A DNA stretch of 64,000 nt from Antedon mediterranea (lineage: Eukaryota > Animalia > Echinodermata): NCBI RefSeq assembly GCF_964355755.1, contig NC_092676.1, positions 18,680,871 to 18,744,870 on the forward strand. Reading direction: 5' to 3'. Position numbers and translations under genes: made by a program. Numbering within the stretch: position 1 is the first letter of the stretch; each line of letters starts with the position of its first letter. Positions 1-12,689 of this stretch are shown piece by piece. The notes below the pieces were generated by a model. The model was not told where the DNA came from, did no database searches, and was given only the letters and a program-made list of their open reading frames with translations.

Positions 1-1056
1 CCCTATTTCCTAGATTAATATACAAATATATGTTTTGTGTTTAATTAAAGTATTATTAATCAAATTGCAAATTACTGTGGATATCAGTGGCTAGATAACA
101 AGAGAAAGTTCAAATGAATTTTAAGAAAAACCTAAATCAAACTGAGTTAAATATCCAGAAATAAATTGCAGAGCTTTTGGCTAATAATAATAACAATTGA
201 TATAAAATGAAATAAATAATATCCACCAATGTCCACTTTTTCCATGATTGTTTCTAAAAAACTTGTTGCTATTATAATGGCTGAAGAATATAGAGTTATC
301 CAGTGGTGTGTCAGCAACAGAGCGCATCATGTTTGATTCCTCAACTCCTATAATATACAACATATATAATGACATTTTAAACAATAATACATGCAGCAGT
401 GATCATAATTGCTAATCTGTAGAATTGTGTCAATTCAGCTATGCACAATTATTTTCACTAAATAAATATACCTTTGAATAATAAATTGTTATATCACTAT
501 AATATCTCTATGGTTATATAGTATAAAATCCTTTTTTTTAAAATAATCAATTTCATTGCATATAAGGAAAACAGACCTGTATTAATGACACACGTTGGAG
601 TTTTTTTTTTAGCTAAGATTGAATTTACAATTTGAATGTTTCTTTATTAAATGAATAAAAAATGTATTTGTCATATGAAAGCTGCCACTGTTATTAAAAT
701 CAATAAAATACTATTAAAATGCTGTCACTGATAAATGGTCATCTACAAACATGATAGCTTTTAAGTTACACTCGATCATTAGATTATGTTTGCAATATTT
801 TGCGATAGATTAAAATGTTTTGATCGTCTCTTAAATCTATATTTTGCCTGCCCGTCTAAACTGAAATCCAATGGATTATTGAACCTCTAGTCGCCAGTGC
901 ATTTGTCATTCAATTAGCAAATCAAATGATCGGATGACACATTGATTGTCAAGTCTTTAGATGGGTCATACAATGTGTCAACGAGACCTGACAGATTTTT
1001 GTTGTAAATTAATTTGCTTCATTTAAAATGTACTTGTTTTGATACATCTATAGTAA

Positions 1057-1456
1057 AGGCCCATTCACACTAGGACGATAACGATCGACGATAAATATAT
1101 AAGCATGCATTTTTTTAACATAAAACAAAAGAAATTAGAAAGGGTTTCGTTCTAGGACTATAGGATAATCATTTATGCTGTCTTTGATAAAAATAATATT
1201 TTTAAAATTCCAATCAAATGACGTCATGATACATAAAAACAATAAAATCGTTGTATTGTCACATTATTATTGCTCTTACTAATCATGACGTCATTTGATT
1301 GGACGTGTGAAAATATAATTTTCATCAAAGGAAGCATAGATGGTTATTCTATAGTTCTAGAATGAAAAGGTTTTATATTTCTTTTATTTTATGTATGAAA
1401 AATGCAAATTATTGTCTATTATTGTTGATCGTTATCGTCCTAGTGTGAATGGGCCT
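1057..1456. mobile_element. Palindromic MITE, PIF/Harbinger-like
   Basis: TIR AGGCCCATTCACACTAGGACGATAACGATC / GATCGTTATCGTCCTAGTGTGAATGGGCCT, TAA/TTA flanks, arms remain complementary internally. Confidence 0.85.
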
Positions 1457-1910
1457 TTAAGCTGTATAAGGTGTAGAATATGTAGAATATATACGTTCAG
1501 TTACCATACCATCAACACAATCTTATTTAAAATAGCTTCATGATTTCAGTTCAACTGAAGCAGACCTATTTGATTCCCAAAAACGTGTATTTGTTTAAAT
1601 ATAGTAGTAGTGTTCACTTATGAGATGAGAGGCTTGTTGGCCAATAGAAAGACCAACTTTTTAGCGTATATACAGTATAACTGATATATATCGTGCCTTC
1701 TAATTTTCTCAATTTTGTAATTTATTTAATTAATTGTTTAAAATATGTTGCACAGAAATTCTGTTAAGTAAATACAAATAGGAACCATAATATATAAAGT
1801 GTATGGGCAAATGTGTACTATTATCAAATTGTGAAGATAAATATTCATACAATTCTAGTATGTAATCTTTATTATTACATTATTTTAAAATATTTGTTAT
1901 TTCATTTTAG

Positions 1911-2061
1911 CAACTTTGAGGTAAATATCATACAGTGGCGTCAGCTCCATTCTGATTTACGGAATCTCGCCACATGGTTGACAGAGGCAGAAACGATCAT
2001 CAAGCAATGCAAGACATCTGACGGCCAACCTATACACACCGAAACCAAAAACAATGAACCA
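1911..2061 (+). CDS. DMD: Dystrophin-like exon, equivalent to DMD exon 44 (spectrin repeat ~R17)
   Basis: ttttag acceptor, cca|gtaagt donor, 151 nt, phase 2->0; NFEVNIIQWRQLHSDLRNLATWLTEAETII resembles DMD EKWRRFHYDIKIFNQWLTEAEQFL. Confidence 0.9.
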
Positions 2062-2091
2062 GTAAGTGTAGAACAACATAAGCTTATTTAA

Positions 2092-2307
2092 AGCTCTGTC
2101 TACACTATCAAACTTTATGTAAAAAAATGTGATGTGTCCATATATGGACGATGATGTCATATCACTACCATATTTGGGCATATCACTACCATATTTGGGC
2201 ATATCACTACCATATTTGGGCATATCACTACCCTATTTGGGCATATCACTACCATATTTGGGCATATCACTACCATATTTGGGCACTTTGATAATGTAGA
2301 CAGAGCT
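2092..2307. mobile_element. Harbinger-like MITE family 1 with internal 21-bp array (6 units)
   Basis: TIR AGCTCTGTCTACACTATCAAA / TTTGATAATGTAGACAGAGCT, TAA target duplication both sides, (ATATCACTACCATATTTGGGC)x6. Confidence 0.9.
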
Positions 2308-3098
2308 TAAGAATAATAATAGAATGCTATTTTCACTTTAAATTCACTTTATTTATTTTAAACTTATGGTAATGAGCTGTTAATTTAGGAGCTCATTGTA
2401 CCAAGCCTATGTTGTAGAGTGGCCAGTTCCTTTTTCATGCCACATTATCCAGCTCCTAGTATTTTTCAATCAGCTATGTGTACTGGAAGTCTTATACAAT
2501 TGTTCTTTCATACCTTTTTAAGTTATATCTTAAACAATATTTTTGAGTAGAAAAAATACATATATTTTGTCCCTGCCCTGTTTGCGTCACTTTGTTGTTT
2601 CCTAGTTAACCATTCTATAGTTCTAAGTCTAAGGCAGCTTTGTGTGTTAGACAAATGGTGACACAACCACTGCACTGTTTTATGTGTATAAAATCCAGAT
2701 TTCATTCTATTTCCTAATTCGTAATTTTCAATTAATTACACACCTGTTTTAAGATAATATTAAATTACAGTATTGTCTGCGAGTCATAAGAATAATTGAA
2801 CTATTTGATAGTTGTAGAAAAATGATATCTACATTATAACCATTTCATTAATAGTTAGAAGATATGATTATAAAGAAATTGATATATTTTGTAAAATGTA
2901 TTATGTACATGAGTTTTATATTTCCTGTCTTTCTTGCTTAAGTACAAGTTGTACATTTACTGTTATATTTTAATTATAAAAAAAACACACTTTTGAGAAA
3001 CTGTAAGATTTTTTCGTACAGGCCTTTAGAGAAGCTCTCCTTTGGGACACCTGATCCAGGGGACATCCCTATTTAGGGGACACCCATATTAAGGGGAA

Positions 3099-3532
3099 AC
3101 TGCTGTTCCGCCGTACCACGCAGAGAGTGTTAAAGAGTAGCTATCCAATCGAGTTTGAACAATACCATGAAAGCCCCAGTGGTCTAATGGTTAGGGCAAC
3201 TGCATATCAAGCAGACGGTCCGAGTTCGAGTCTCGGTTGGGGCGATTTTTTCTCATTCTCACAGATTTCCTCATCTTTATCGTTTCAAATTATATATATA
3301 TATAAACCAGGGAAGAGTGTAATTTAACTCTTCCCTGATATAAACACATCAGACAAAGAACATTAATTCTAAAGTCGCTATCCAATCGAGTTTGAACAAT
3401 ACCATGAAAGCCCCAGTGGTCTAATGGTTAGGACATCTGCATATCAAGCAGGCGGTTCGAGTCTCGGTTGGGGCGACTTTTTCACATTCTCACAGATTTT
3501 CCTCATCTTATCGTTTCAAATGATATATATAT
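3099..3532 (+). mobile_element. Repeat carrying two tandem tRNA-like units, each followed by (TA)n
   Basis: Duplicated gctatccaatcgagtttgaacaataccatgaaa + tRNA-like body + tail; related copy on minus strand near 47.5 kb. Confidence 0.75.
3173..3244 (+). tRNA. tRNA-like cloverleaf with anticodon ATC (Asp-like); probably repeat-borne pseudo-tRNA/SINE head
   Basis: Acceptor GCCCCAG/TTGGGGC, A box TGGTCTAATGG, CTGC-ATATCAA-GCAG arm, T arm CCGAG-TTCGAGT-CTCGG, T6 run at 3246. Confidence 0.45.
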
Positions 3533-6500
3533 ACATTTGAAATTTTCTATCCTAATCAAATGCAATTGTAATATAATTTAAATGGAAATAATGTAGAAAC
3601 AAACTGTAAGTCTACAGTAAACACGAAACTAAATATTAATGGTTTTACAATGATGTACCTTACAAAAAATGCATCTAGTTTGAGTTGTAGAAAGGTTTTA
3701 AATGTTGACTATTGGGAAAACATAAAAACATTTTTTAAAAAGATTTTGAACCTTTCTAAAAACACAACTATAATTCATACATAAAGAAATACACACAACC
3801 CAGAGAACTCATAGAATTATAATGCTTGTAAATATCATTTATAAATATTTCACGACAGGCAAATTATCGTAATGATTCACAATCGATTGAATTATTCAAT
3901 GGACTAGAAGGAATTTGTTTTCACATGGGACCGTCTTTTAATAACAGTATATAGACAAATCTACCGGCCTAGAAGTTAGAGGACACGAATACAGCAATGT
4001 TGATGTTGCTTAGTCTATAAATACTAATTACTTTTTTAGGCATTTGAAATTTATTTGATTTATTTATACCATGGTTAAATCTTACAAGAGATAAAAATAG
4101 TAGGATAATTTATCCGCTGCAATTGTGGTAATTTTTCTTCCATCTACAGGACATTGCGGTATCTCAATGTTTATGTCGAGTTTATTTCCTGAGTTGAATA
4201 ATTGACTTCTATTTAATGAGGCAGTTATGTGCTTTATAATCACACTTACTTTTTTAAAGTGAACTTTTATTCAATTAATACACTGCTTAAAGTTTCATCT
4301 TGAGTTGATGTCGAAGGCTGGCATTGAAAAAATATGATTTTTTGATTTTTTATAATAAATGCAATGCACATTACATTACCTGTCATCGTATCGTAGAAAA
4401 TTCTCCCAAAAAACTGAAATATCATCAATATATGTTCACATATGGAAAGCCAAGTTTTCCATAACTTTGGTAAAATTAATTAATTCCTATGCTTAATTTG
4501 ATTTCATTTATAGCACATCAAAATCAGCAACTTGATTTTAAATTTAATTTTTAGGATTATTTTAGCGATTTTTTGAAACAGAAAATACATCTTTAAAGAT
4601 GAACTTGTTTTTATAATGATGATTGATAGATATATACATTAGTAATGATGCACTTGAAACGGCAGCGTGATCATCTTAACCAGGATCACGTGGTAACGCT
4701 GCATTATATGCATCAAAGTGAACGATGATGCCCTTTAAAGAATAAGATCAAATCATGTAAGAGTGTTCTTGAACGATGTTATGATTCCATACAATTTTTG
4801 CCATTAGCAGTAATATTGATGTAACTACATGTACTTTACCTCATGAAGTTACTTAAACATTACTAGATGGTAAGTTTAGTATCTTATAAGTCGTAAACAG
4901 ACAGAAATATAGTTTCAATTTAACGTTAAGTCCATTAAGTTATGCTTGGAAACATGATTTCATTATAATTTATCTCAGGAATGACTCTATTTAGTATTTA
5001 GAAGATTATTATTTTAATAAACTAAACAATAGACATCATAGAATGATTGCTGAATAAATAATACTGTATCACAAACAAATACCACAGAAAATAAATAGAA
5101 GAGAAAAATTATTCCTGGATCTTCAATGAAAATGACTACACTACAACATGCTTACAGCTACAGGCATTTGTTACTAGTCGATAGAATTACTGGATTCTTA
5201 AACTTACAACTTATTATAGTGTTGACAACACAGTCACACCTTCTATCATAAACCAAGTCTACTTGGACCTTCTATCATGCAAATAGCGCCCTCATAATTA
5301 GTGGAGGCTAGTATATCAAAGCAGATCTTATTTTAATAAGGTTCATTTTAACGTTTTGATAGTCAATATTAATACGTAATCATGTACAATGATAGGTGAA
5401 ATTATTCATTTAAAATTAATCTGTTTGCTTTTTCTTCATATTACTTTTGAGTGGTTAAAAATTAAGAACATTACTTTATTATTTATGCAATATTTTCTTA
5501 GAAGAAATTTAGTTTATTGCAATTGCCTGAAGAAGTGTGTAATTGTCGGTATAAATAACTCATCTGTAGAAATAATTGTTTAAATAAATTGATTCTTGCA
5601 ATGCATTAAATATAGTCGATATTAATAAAAATGTTCTGCAAAAATGTTAAAAGAGTGTTGGTTAGAGAGGCAGATTTACATAATTATAAATCAAGGTGTG
5701 TTTTTGCTTAAGTCGAATGATAGAGAGGTCTCACTAACTATTGGTTGTTTGAACAATCTTGATATGTCTAGTTTTATCTGTAAATGAGATATATAAATAT
5801 AATAAACTTTCAAACCAATGTACTGCCCTTCAATAAAGAAGTGTCAAAAGAGATCACTTAAACTATTGGTTGTTTGACCACGAGTCTAGTGTTAATATTC
5901 ATTATCTTAAATTCCATACACCTTTACAATAAGTAATCAATAACCTGGTAAGGTTTGCCCTTTTTCGCATATAAAAAGAGAAATAATTATTTTGCTGTTA
6001 CTACAACTTAAATTATATAATATGTATTATTTTCTTGAGCCAGTGGCCTACAAACTGTTGAATAAATGAATGAATGAAAAGATTAATATAAACATTCAAA
6101 TCATGTAGCACCTTCAATTAAAGAAATGGCAAAAGAGACCAGTCTTGTTTAAAATTGATAACATTCGATTCAATTCACCACCCTTTGCTAATGTTTAAAT
6201 CTTACGTTTGATATTTTATTGCTGTAGTCTAAAGATCGTTATTCTTAATCTTTATTTGAACTTTACAAGTTTATCAATTAATACATTCTGGATGATTTCA
6301 CAGAATAGTAAGTGTTACACCGTAAATGACCCAGAAATCTGATGAAATAGTTTTATATAACACATTTATATTAGACTGTCTCTATTTCTGGTTTAATTCT
6401 GCATCTGTGTAAACAATAGTACTGAAACGTAAGAGTAATCTAAATGAACGTCAATATCGTATGAATTAAAAGAATTTACCTAAAACCAACCCGCGAGTGA

Positions 6501-7368
6501 TTCGCTAATTGAACCTGGAGTCTTGTAAACCGCCTTAATACTGAAAACGTTTCTAAATCTGTGTTTTACAATTGCCAAAAGTGTCAACAATACAATAATA
6601 TCGAATCGCATTTCTTGAGAAATTTCACTCTAGTTTATTGATTTTCTATCCATTAAGACAATCAACGAGATTGGCAAGTTCTTAAAGCCTGTTTGATGCA
6701 CGAGGCAGGTCATGGAGCTCGTACAAGCCGATCATGTTTGGACGTGAAGTGTAGTTATGCTAGCATGAAATTGAATTTTAAAATTTAATCTAATTACTTA
6801 CTATGACCGAGTTATAATCATTGTACATTGAATACAGCACATATGTCCACAAAATTACACTATTAAATTAATGATGGATTTAGAGGCAAGTTTGTGTTAA
6901 ACATTCTCATGCGGTGTACATGACTTGTAATCTATATTGCACACTTTGTCAATAGATTTGTTTTGTGTATATAGAGATATTAGATATTAATTAGAGTGTT
7001 AACTCAATGAATTTTATAAAACTGAACTGAATATTTAAAAAAATAAATGTCATTTTTCATATTTTTTAAATATAATATGATTGCCATTTTGGAAAGTTTC
7101 TCTTCTGATTGCTTCTCTTTGCTGTCTCCTAGTGTAGACTCTAGCAGTTCAATATCTCTATTTGCTGAAATTAATGTAGTATTAATAATGTTATTAAGGA
7201 AGATTAGATTGATTTGCATAACAAATTTATTTAAATACTGTAGATAAATTTACATAATTTTTACAAAATGTTAATGTAAAATATGGAATACTGTGTGCTA
7301 TAAAAATAATATAATAATGATATTTTATCAACAATAAATTTGTTATTTTATAATTGTTATTTTGTCAG

Positions 7369-7544
7369 GTGCTTGAAGATGGCATTGCAAGACACCAACA
7401 GACAGTCACCAGCTTGAACCACACTGGAACTCTTGTGATCCAAGGATCACCTGCAGTGGATGGGAACATGCTGCAAGAGAAGCTTGATAACTTGAATGTC
7501 CGCTGGAGGGTGGTTTGTGCTGAAGTTGCCTCATGGAAAGAGAG
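7369..7544 (+). CDS. DMD: Dystrophin-like exon, equivalent to DMD exon 45
   Basis: gtcag acceptor, ag|gtaaga donor, 176 nt, phase 0->2; VLEDGIARHQQTVTSLNHTG...LQEKLDNLNVRW resembles ELQDGIGQRQTVVRTLNATG...LQEKLGSLNLRW. Confidence 0.95.
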
Positions 7545-8011
7545 GTAAGAGTGCATTGATGATCTGACTTGAGTATAAGCCCACCACTCTTGTACTTCAG
7601 TATAACTTTACTCTATTGAACTAGCTCACCTCTCTTGAATGTATAGCTCACATTCTTGAGTATAGTATTAATTTTACTAATACTAGAGTATATCAACCAA
7701 GTTGATAGACTAGTTTAAGCAGAAGTTAAGCTGTGTACTACTTGACAAAAATGAGTTTGCTGAGGTTCACTCAACAAATCAATAAAATGTCTTTGTAGTC
7801 ATGTGATCCTACAGATGGATTTTCAGTGTAGACAGGCATTGCATATTTTTCCAAAAGGTGGAAGAGTTTGCAAACAAACGCTTGGAAACGTCTGCTAGTG
7901 CTTTGAATGTTCTACAGTAATTTTATTTTAAATCGCATGATTTTGTTTTTCTTTTTAAAATCTTAAAACCAGCACAAAAATAATGTAGAATGTTTGTTTT
8001 TTGTGCACAAG

Positions 8012-8162
8012 GTTTGAAGAAACGTCAAATAAAATAGATGAATATCAAGAAGAATTGATGGAGATCGTCCATTTCACAGAAGAGGTTGGACGTCTTGCTG
8101 CTTCTCCTGTTCCCATTCCTGGCAACATCAGTGCACTTCAGGATAAGTTACAAGTAGCAAAG
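8012..8162 (+). CDS. DMD: Dystrophin-like exon, equivalent to DMD exon 46
   Basis: aag acceptor after T-tract, aag|gtactt donor, 151 nt, phase 2->0; FEETSNKIDEYQEELMEIVHFTEEV...LQDKLQVAK. Confidence 0.88.
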
Positions 8163-8169
8163 GTACTTC

Positions 8170-8395
8170 CATCATCATTTTTATTTAATTATTTAATTGT
8201 CACTGTCATCATCATCATCAATTATCAGTCATCAATCATTATTTGTCATCAGTTAACTATCAATTATCATTATTATCAGTTATCATTATTTGTCAACAAT
8301 TTACTATTAATTATCATCATTATCATTATTGTCATCAATTTACTATCAATTATCATCATAATCAACATCATCATCACTTTTACTACATTATCAGT
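8170..8395. repeat. Degenerate (ATC/ATT)n microsatellite
   Basis: Directly after donor at 8163; gives the Ile-rich tail of ORF 8001..8426. Confidence 0.8.
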
Positions 8396-9236
8396 TCTTA
8401 CTTGCTCATCTTATACTAACATGTAAATATTCATTATTTTAAAACTCACCAGCAATTATTTTTTTATCTGTGTATTATTTTGTATTGTTTTTTTTTTCAA
8501 TTTATGCATTTTGCGATTTGTAATCAGATGTCTCTTGAGAGTTAAAAGGATGAACCAATTACTGCAGCTTTCTCTTCCGCTTCAACAATCTTACAAGGAT
8601 ATCATGAAATAACATAACATAAATCATTATTCACATTCATTTTTTTTCTTTCTTTTTTTTCATTAAAAATTATACATTGATATTATTGGTTTACTATTAT
8701 TTTTTAAATGAGAAGACGAGATAGAAATATTGTATGTACAGTTTATAGTTGTAAGGTATTTCTTTGTTTTATACCAACATAAGCCAAATAAGTACCTTAA
8801 AAATTACATTTCTACTCATTTATCAGTCAATAGTGCATTAAATGTCTATCCAGCATCTTTGAATTACTTACTATATTTAGCGTAATATATGAAGAAGAGA
8901 AAGTAATGGAGTCTTTCTGTAATTATTAATATCAGAGTTTCATTTCTATTTCTGATTATCAGTCATCAATATTAGGTAGGCGTTATTATTGAGTTATCAG
9001 AATAATCGCATCCATCAACTTAGAACTAATACTACAGGATGTAATATGTGCTAAAGTACTAATTATTACAATTAAGAATTGTCTATTAGTATTTGTTCGG
9101 TCCAGAAATAAGTTTGATATATGTATTTGACCCTGATTGCTTAAACCATAAATTTGTCTTTCTTGTCAGTTTACAAATGAATAAATAGTTTGTTCGTTTG
9201 CGACTTAATAATTCATAATCTGCTTCCTGTTGATAG

Positions 9237-9386
9237 GAACGCGAGGAAGCACTGAACAGGCGACAAGAACAGTGTTTGCGATTGCAACAAAATGGACAGA
9301 AACTTCTTCTATCTGGTGCTGTAGCAGAAGATCAAGCCGAAAATATTAGAAAAGATTTAGTAACTTTGACCGAGAACTGGCAGAAG
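9237..9386 (+). CDS. DMD: Dystrophin-like exon, equivalent to DMD exon 47 (absent from ORF track)
   Basis: gatag acceptor, aag|gtaagt donor, 150 nt, phase 0->0; EREEALNRRQEQCLRLQQNGQKLLLSGAVAEDQAENIRKDLVTLTENWQK. Confidence 0.92.
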
Positions 9387-12300
9387 GTAAGTGTCCTTTC
9401 TTTTATACGCATCCAACAGCTAACAACTCATCAATTACTAAAGGAAGGATAAACTATTATAATTGATCATGCTTATAAAAATAAGTCTCATTTGAGGCTA
9501 GGGATTGGAGTTGAAAGAGTCGGACAGGATTGAACTCTGGACCTTGGGATTGGAAGACAAGCATATTAACGGCTACACTACACACTATGTGTATGTATTT
9601 TTGTTTTTATTCTTCTTGTTGATGTAAACACTCTCCAAAAGATAAACCTTTTTGGTAAGTATTGTATAGAAAGAATTTTGAATTGTTCTTAAAGAGAAAA
9701 TTTCTTGTTTTCAAAATGTTTCCATTTTGAAGCAGTCCAGTCTGGTTTGACTATCAACTAATCTTAAATATTTCGGTTTTTATTGGTTTTTTTTAGGCTT
9801 TAAGGAATAGTATTGTTCAAAATAATTGGTTCTCATTGCTGATTACATTTTGCTAACCTGACCCTTTGAATTTGTGCCCTCTATTGTGACTATTACAATA
9901 TTATTGATTGAAAATGGATAAAGATAAATGTCACCGACATAAGGCTAAGAATGATAGTCTGACCCTTTGCATTTAGCGCCCTCGATTGTGGCTATCAATC
10001 AGAGCTCTTTTGCTTCACTTGGCTCTAATGTAATAATCACTTTTAATTCGCTTGTGCTACATTTGCGCAAAGAAAAATGGAACTAATACCTTTCCATGGC
10101 AGCCAGTTAAAGTGTTTTTAGTTAATTGTTTATACACAGTATACCTAGTGTATCTATGCAATTTCTTTCTGCCTATTTTACTTTATCATTTTGATTTTAG
10201 CTATTTGCTTATTCTTTTTGTATCTCCATTGAGATCCAACCACTGATACCCACAGCATTGTCTTTTTTTTTATTTGCCTTTGAATATGTAGAGTAATGTA
10301 ATCCATGTGTAATACCACACCATAGTTTTCACCACACCGATTTCTAACCAAGCCGCTGGTGCTATACTCAATCTTAGATGATATATAAAATAATCCATCT
10401 TTTAAGTTTGAAAGAATGAACCAGTCTAATAGTTTCTTGTTAATATAAGTTTTAAACAATGAATGAAGCCAACTAAAATTTATAATTGTCAACATTTTCT
10501 GAGATTAAGAATTAATCATGTTCAGTAATTAGCATTTCCATTCATTGTCAACACTTTGTAGCAACATAGAGCCTGGAGCTAAGGAAGTTGTCTTGGATCT
10601 ATGTCATTGAAGGATATTAATAAATCTATAATAGGAACTTTTTGTTAGTTTATTAGTACTTGTTCCTTTAGGCGTGACATTCTATATTTTATGGAAGGTG
10701 TTGTTTAGTATCTTGGAAATGTAGATGGTACTTTTGAATAAAGTTGTGGATGAAAGAGATATGTTTACATTTTTAAACATGGTATGTATATCTGGTATAT
10801 TACATGACTTTCTTCTTGACACTGTGACCTTTTTTAAAGAATGTAATTTTTGTTGTACAAGTTTTTGAAGCAGTCCAATTTGATCTGAGTGCAAGTCCTA
10901 TCGACTTTATACTAGACATTAAAAATAAAGTAGAAAGTCTTTCTGTGCTTTGACACACCAGGTTTGAGGCTGAACTCCAGTTACTGTATCTTGAATAGGA
11001 GTATAATCATCTGTGCACTAAAGTAGAGCTACAGATCATCATCAACTGTGGAGTTGAATTGTCCGCTAGTATGGGCAAGAGTGCCTTGTGTCTTGAACAA
11101 GCAAAGCTTACTTGAAATTAAAAATGTAGAGAGACTGAAACAAGGTGCTTGACTGGAGTGGTCGCCAAGGCTTTAGTCTTGATGGTTCTATATACTGTTC
11201 TTGTAATTTTATGTGCTTGAGGAAATGCTGACAGCCTAGAAGGTTGTATATCTACAGAGTATTCGTTCTTTGGAAAAACAGAGATTAATTTCCTCCTTTT
11301 ATTAAACAAATTACATGAAAATGTACTTTGTATCTGACTATATACTCTTCCAAGAATTCGGAAAGACATTTTGACAGCTTTTACCTAGTAGTTTTCATTA
11401 CATTAACTATTATATTGAATTTTATGTGAAAAAAATCTAAGCCCAAACTTTGATTACATAAGCTTGCTGTGCTAGAATTTCCCAGGAGAGGTATTCATTT
11501 TTATAGTATTGACAGTATTTCAGATTCGAATAAGTCTAGACTAGTCTAGCCTAAGGACTGCAGATATCTAACAGCTTAGACTAATATATCTAAGGATAAA
11601 ATGCTACTAGCTATCAAACTTTGATTCGGTTGTATTATAATTACAGTAACTAATATTCAGAATGTACATCATCAAATCAATCAAATCCTGTACTTGACGT
11701 ATTTAAGCTACATTATACCAAATGTAGTTTTGCTATATGTCTGCAGAATCACCCAGCCTATATTTGTTCCATCCAGTTAAAGTAGGGAACATCTCCTTGT
11801 TGTTCGGTCTTCTATCCAGTTCATTTTCTAAAAACACTTTGCTAAAGGTGTTGTTTAGGATGCGTGCACCAACAATTAAAATTATTGTTGCTCAAGGTTA
11901 CTCCCTCAGCTTATATTATACATCTAGATTTCTTAACTTGAACGAAAACAGCACAAAAGACGAACGAACCACCATGGAGAGGGACCATCAAATATGGTTG
12001 CACCAATCAGCAAATCAGAAAGGCCAGTTTAAAGTCGCACTCCTACACACGCACCACTACATCTTAGCTGTGTATCATGAAAACATGCACTAATTATTCT
12101 ATGATTCTCGTATGGAAGTTATTCATTTATTGCATAACATAACAATGAATTTAAAATTTTTTTTTTTAAACAAATAATTATATGTTCAAGTGGTTATTTT
12201 CTGTTATTATCATTATCCTAAAAAATGTTTTTGAATAGGTATACGGCAGCCATTTTAAGGATTCCCTGCATTACCTTGATAACTCTCTAGTTTAATATAC

Positions 12301-12402
12301 AGGTAGTATCTATGAGTATAACTAAATTATTTAATAACATTAAGATATTATTGGGTTTCCAATTTCAGATTTGATATGTTAAAGTGCTCTTTTTACTTCC
12401 AG

Positions 12403-12594
12403 GTTACGTACGCTCTACCCAAATACCGTCTTCAAATTGAGGATAAAATACATGTCACAACGACATTTTCTGAAGAATTAGAAGAGTTACTGCGTTGGGT
12501 TTGTGCCAGTATGGAACTCCTTGAAACACAACAAGGCCCTGTTGGATCATTAACCCAAGATGGCGAAAATGATTCAATAATTGTTGATGCCACG
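12403..12594 (+). CDS. DMD: Dystrophin-like exon, equivalent to DMD exon 48
   Basis: ttccag acceptor, acg|gtaggt donor, 192 nt, phase 0->0; VTYALPKYRLQIEDKI...LEELLRWV resembles VSRALPEKQGEIEAQI...LNHLLLWL. Confidence 0.9.
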
Positions 12595-12689
12595 GTAGGT
12601 GAACAATTGTATTTATACTGTACTTCTGTATTTCTCTTAAGTAATACTACAGTAGAACTATTACTATTATTAGTACTATTTAGAGGAAC

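Noticed and set aside
2159-2285. CRISPR-like or peptide-repeat (MPKYGSD) array
   Set aside because: Head-to-tail 21-bp units with no spacers, inside a TIR/TSD-bounded MITE in an animal intron.
7004-7556. Antisense ORFs overlapping or near exons (also 17804, 18500, 29696, 59794, 60690, 61098)
   Set aside because: Mostly shadow frames of real + strand exons or AT-rich chance ORFs.
10200-12090. Possible nested gene (several 60-118 aa ORFs)
   Set aside because: No coherent frame or splice pattern; looks like a decayed retroelement but I could not read diagnostic motifs.
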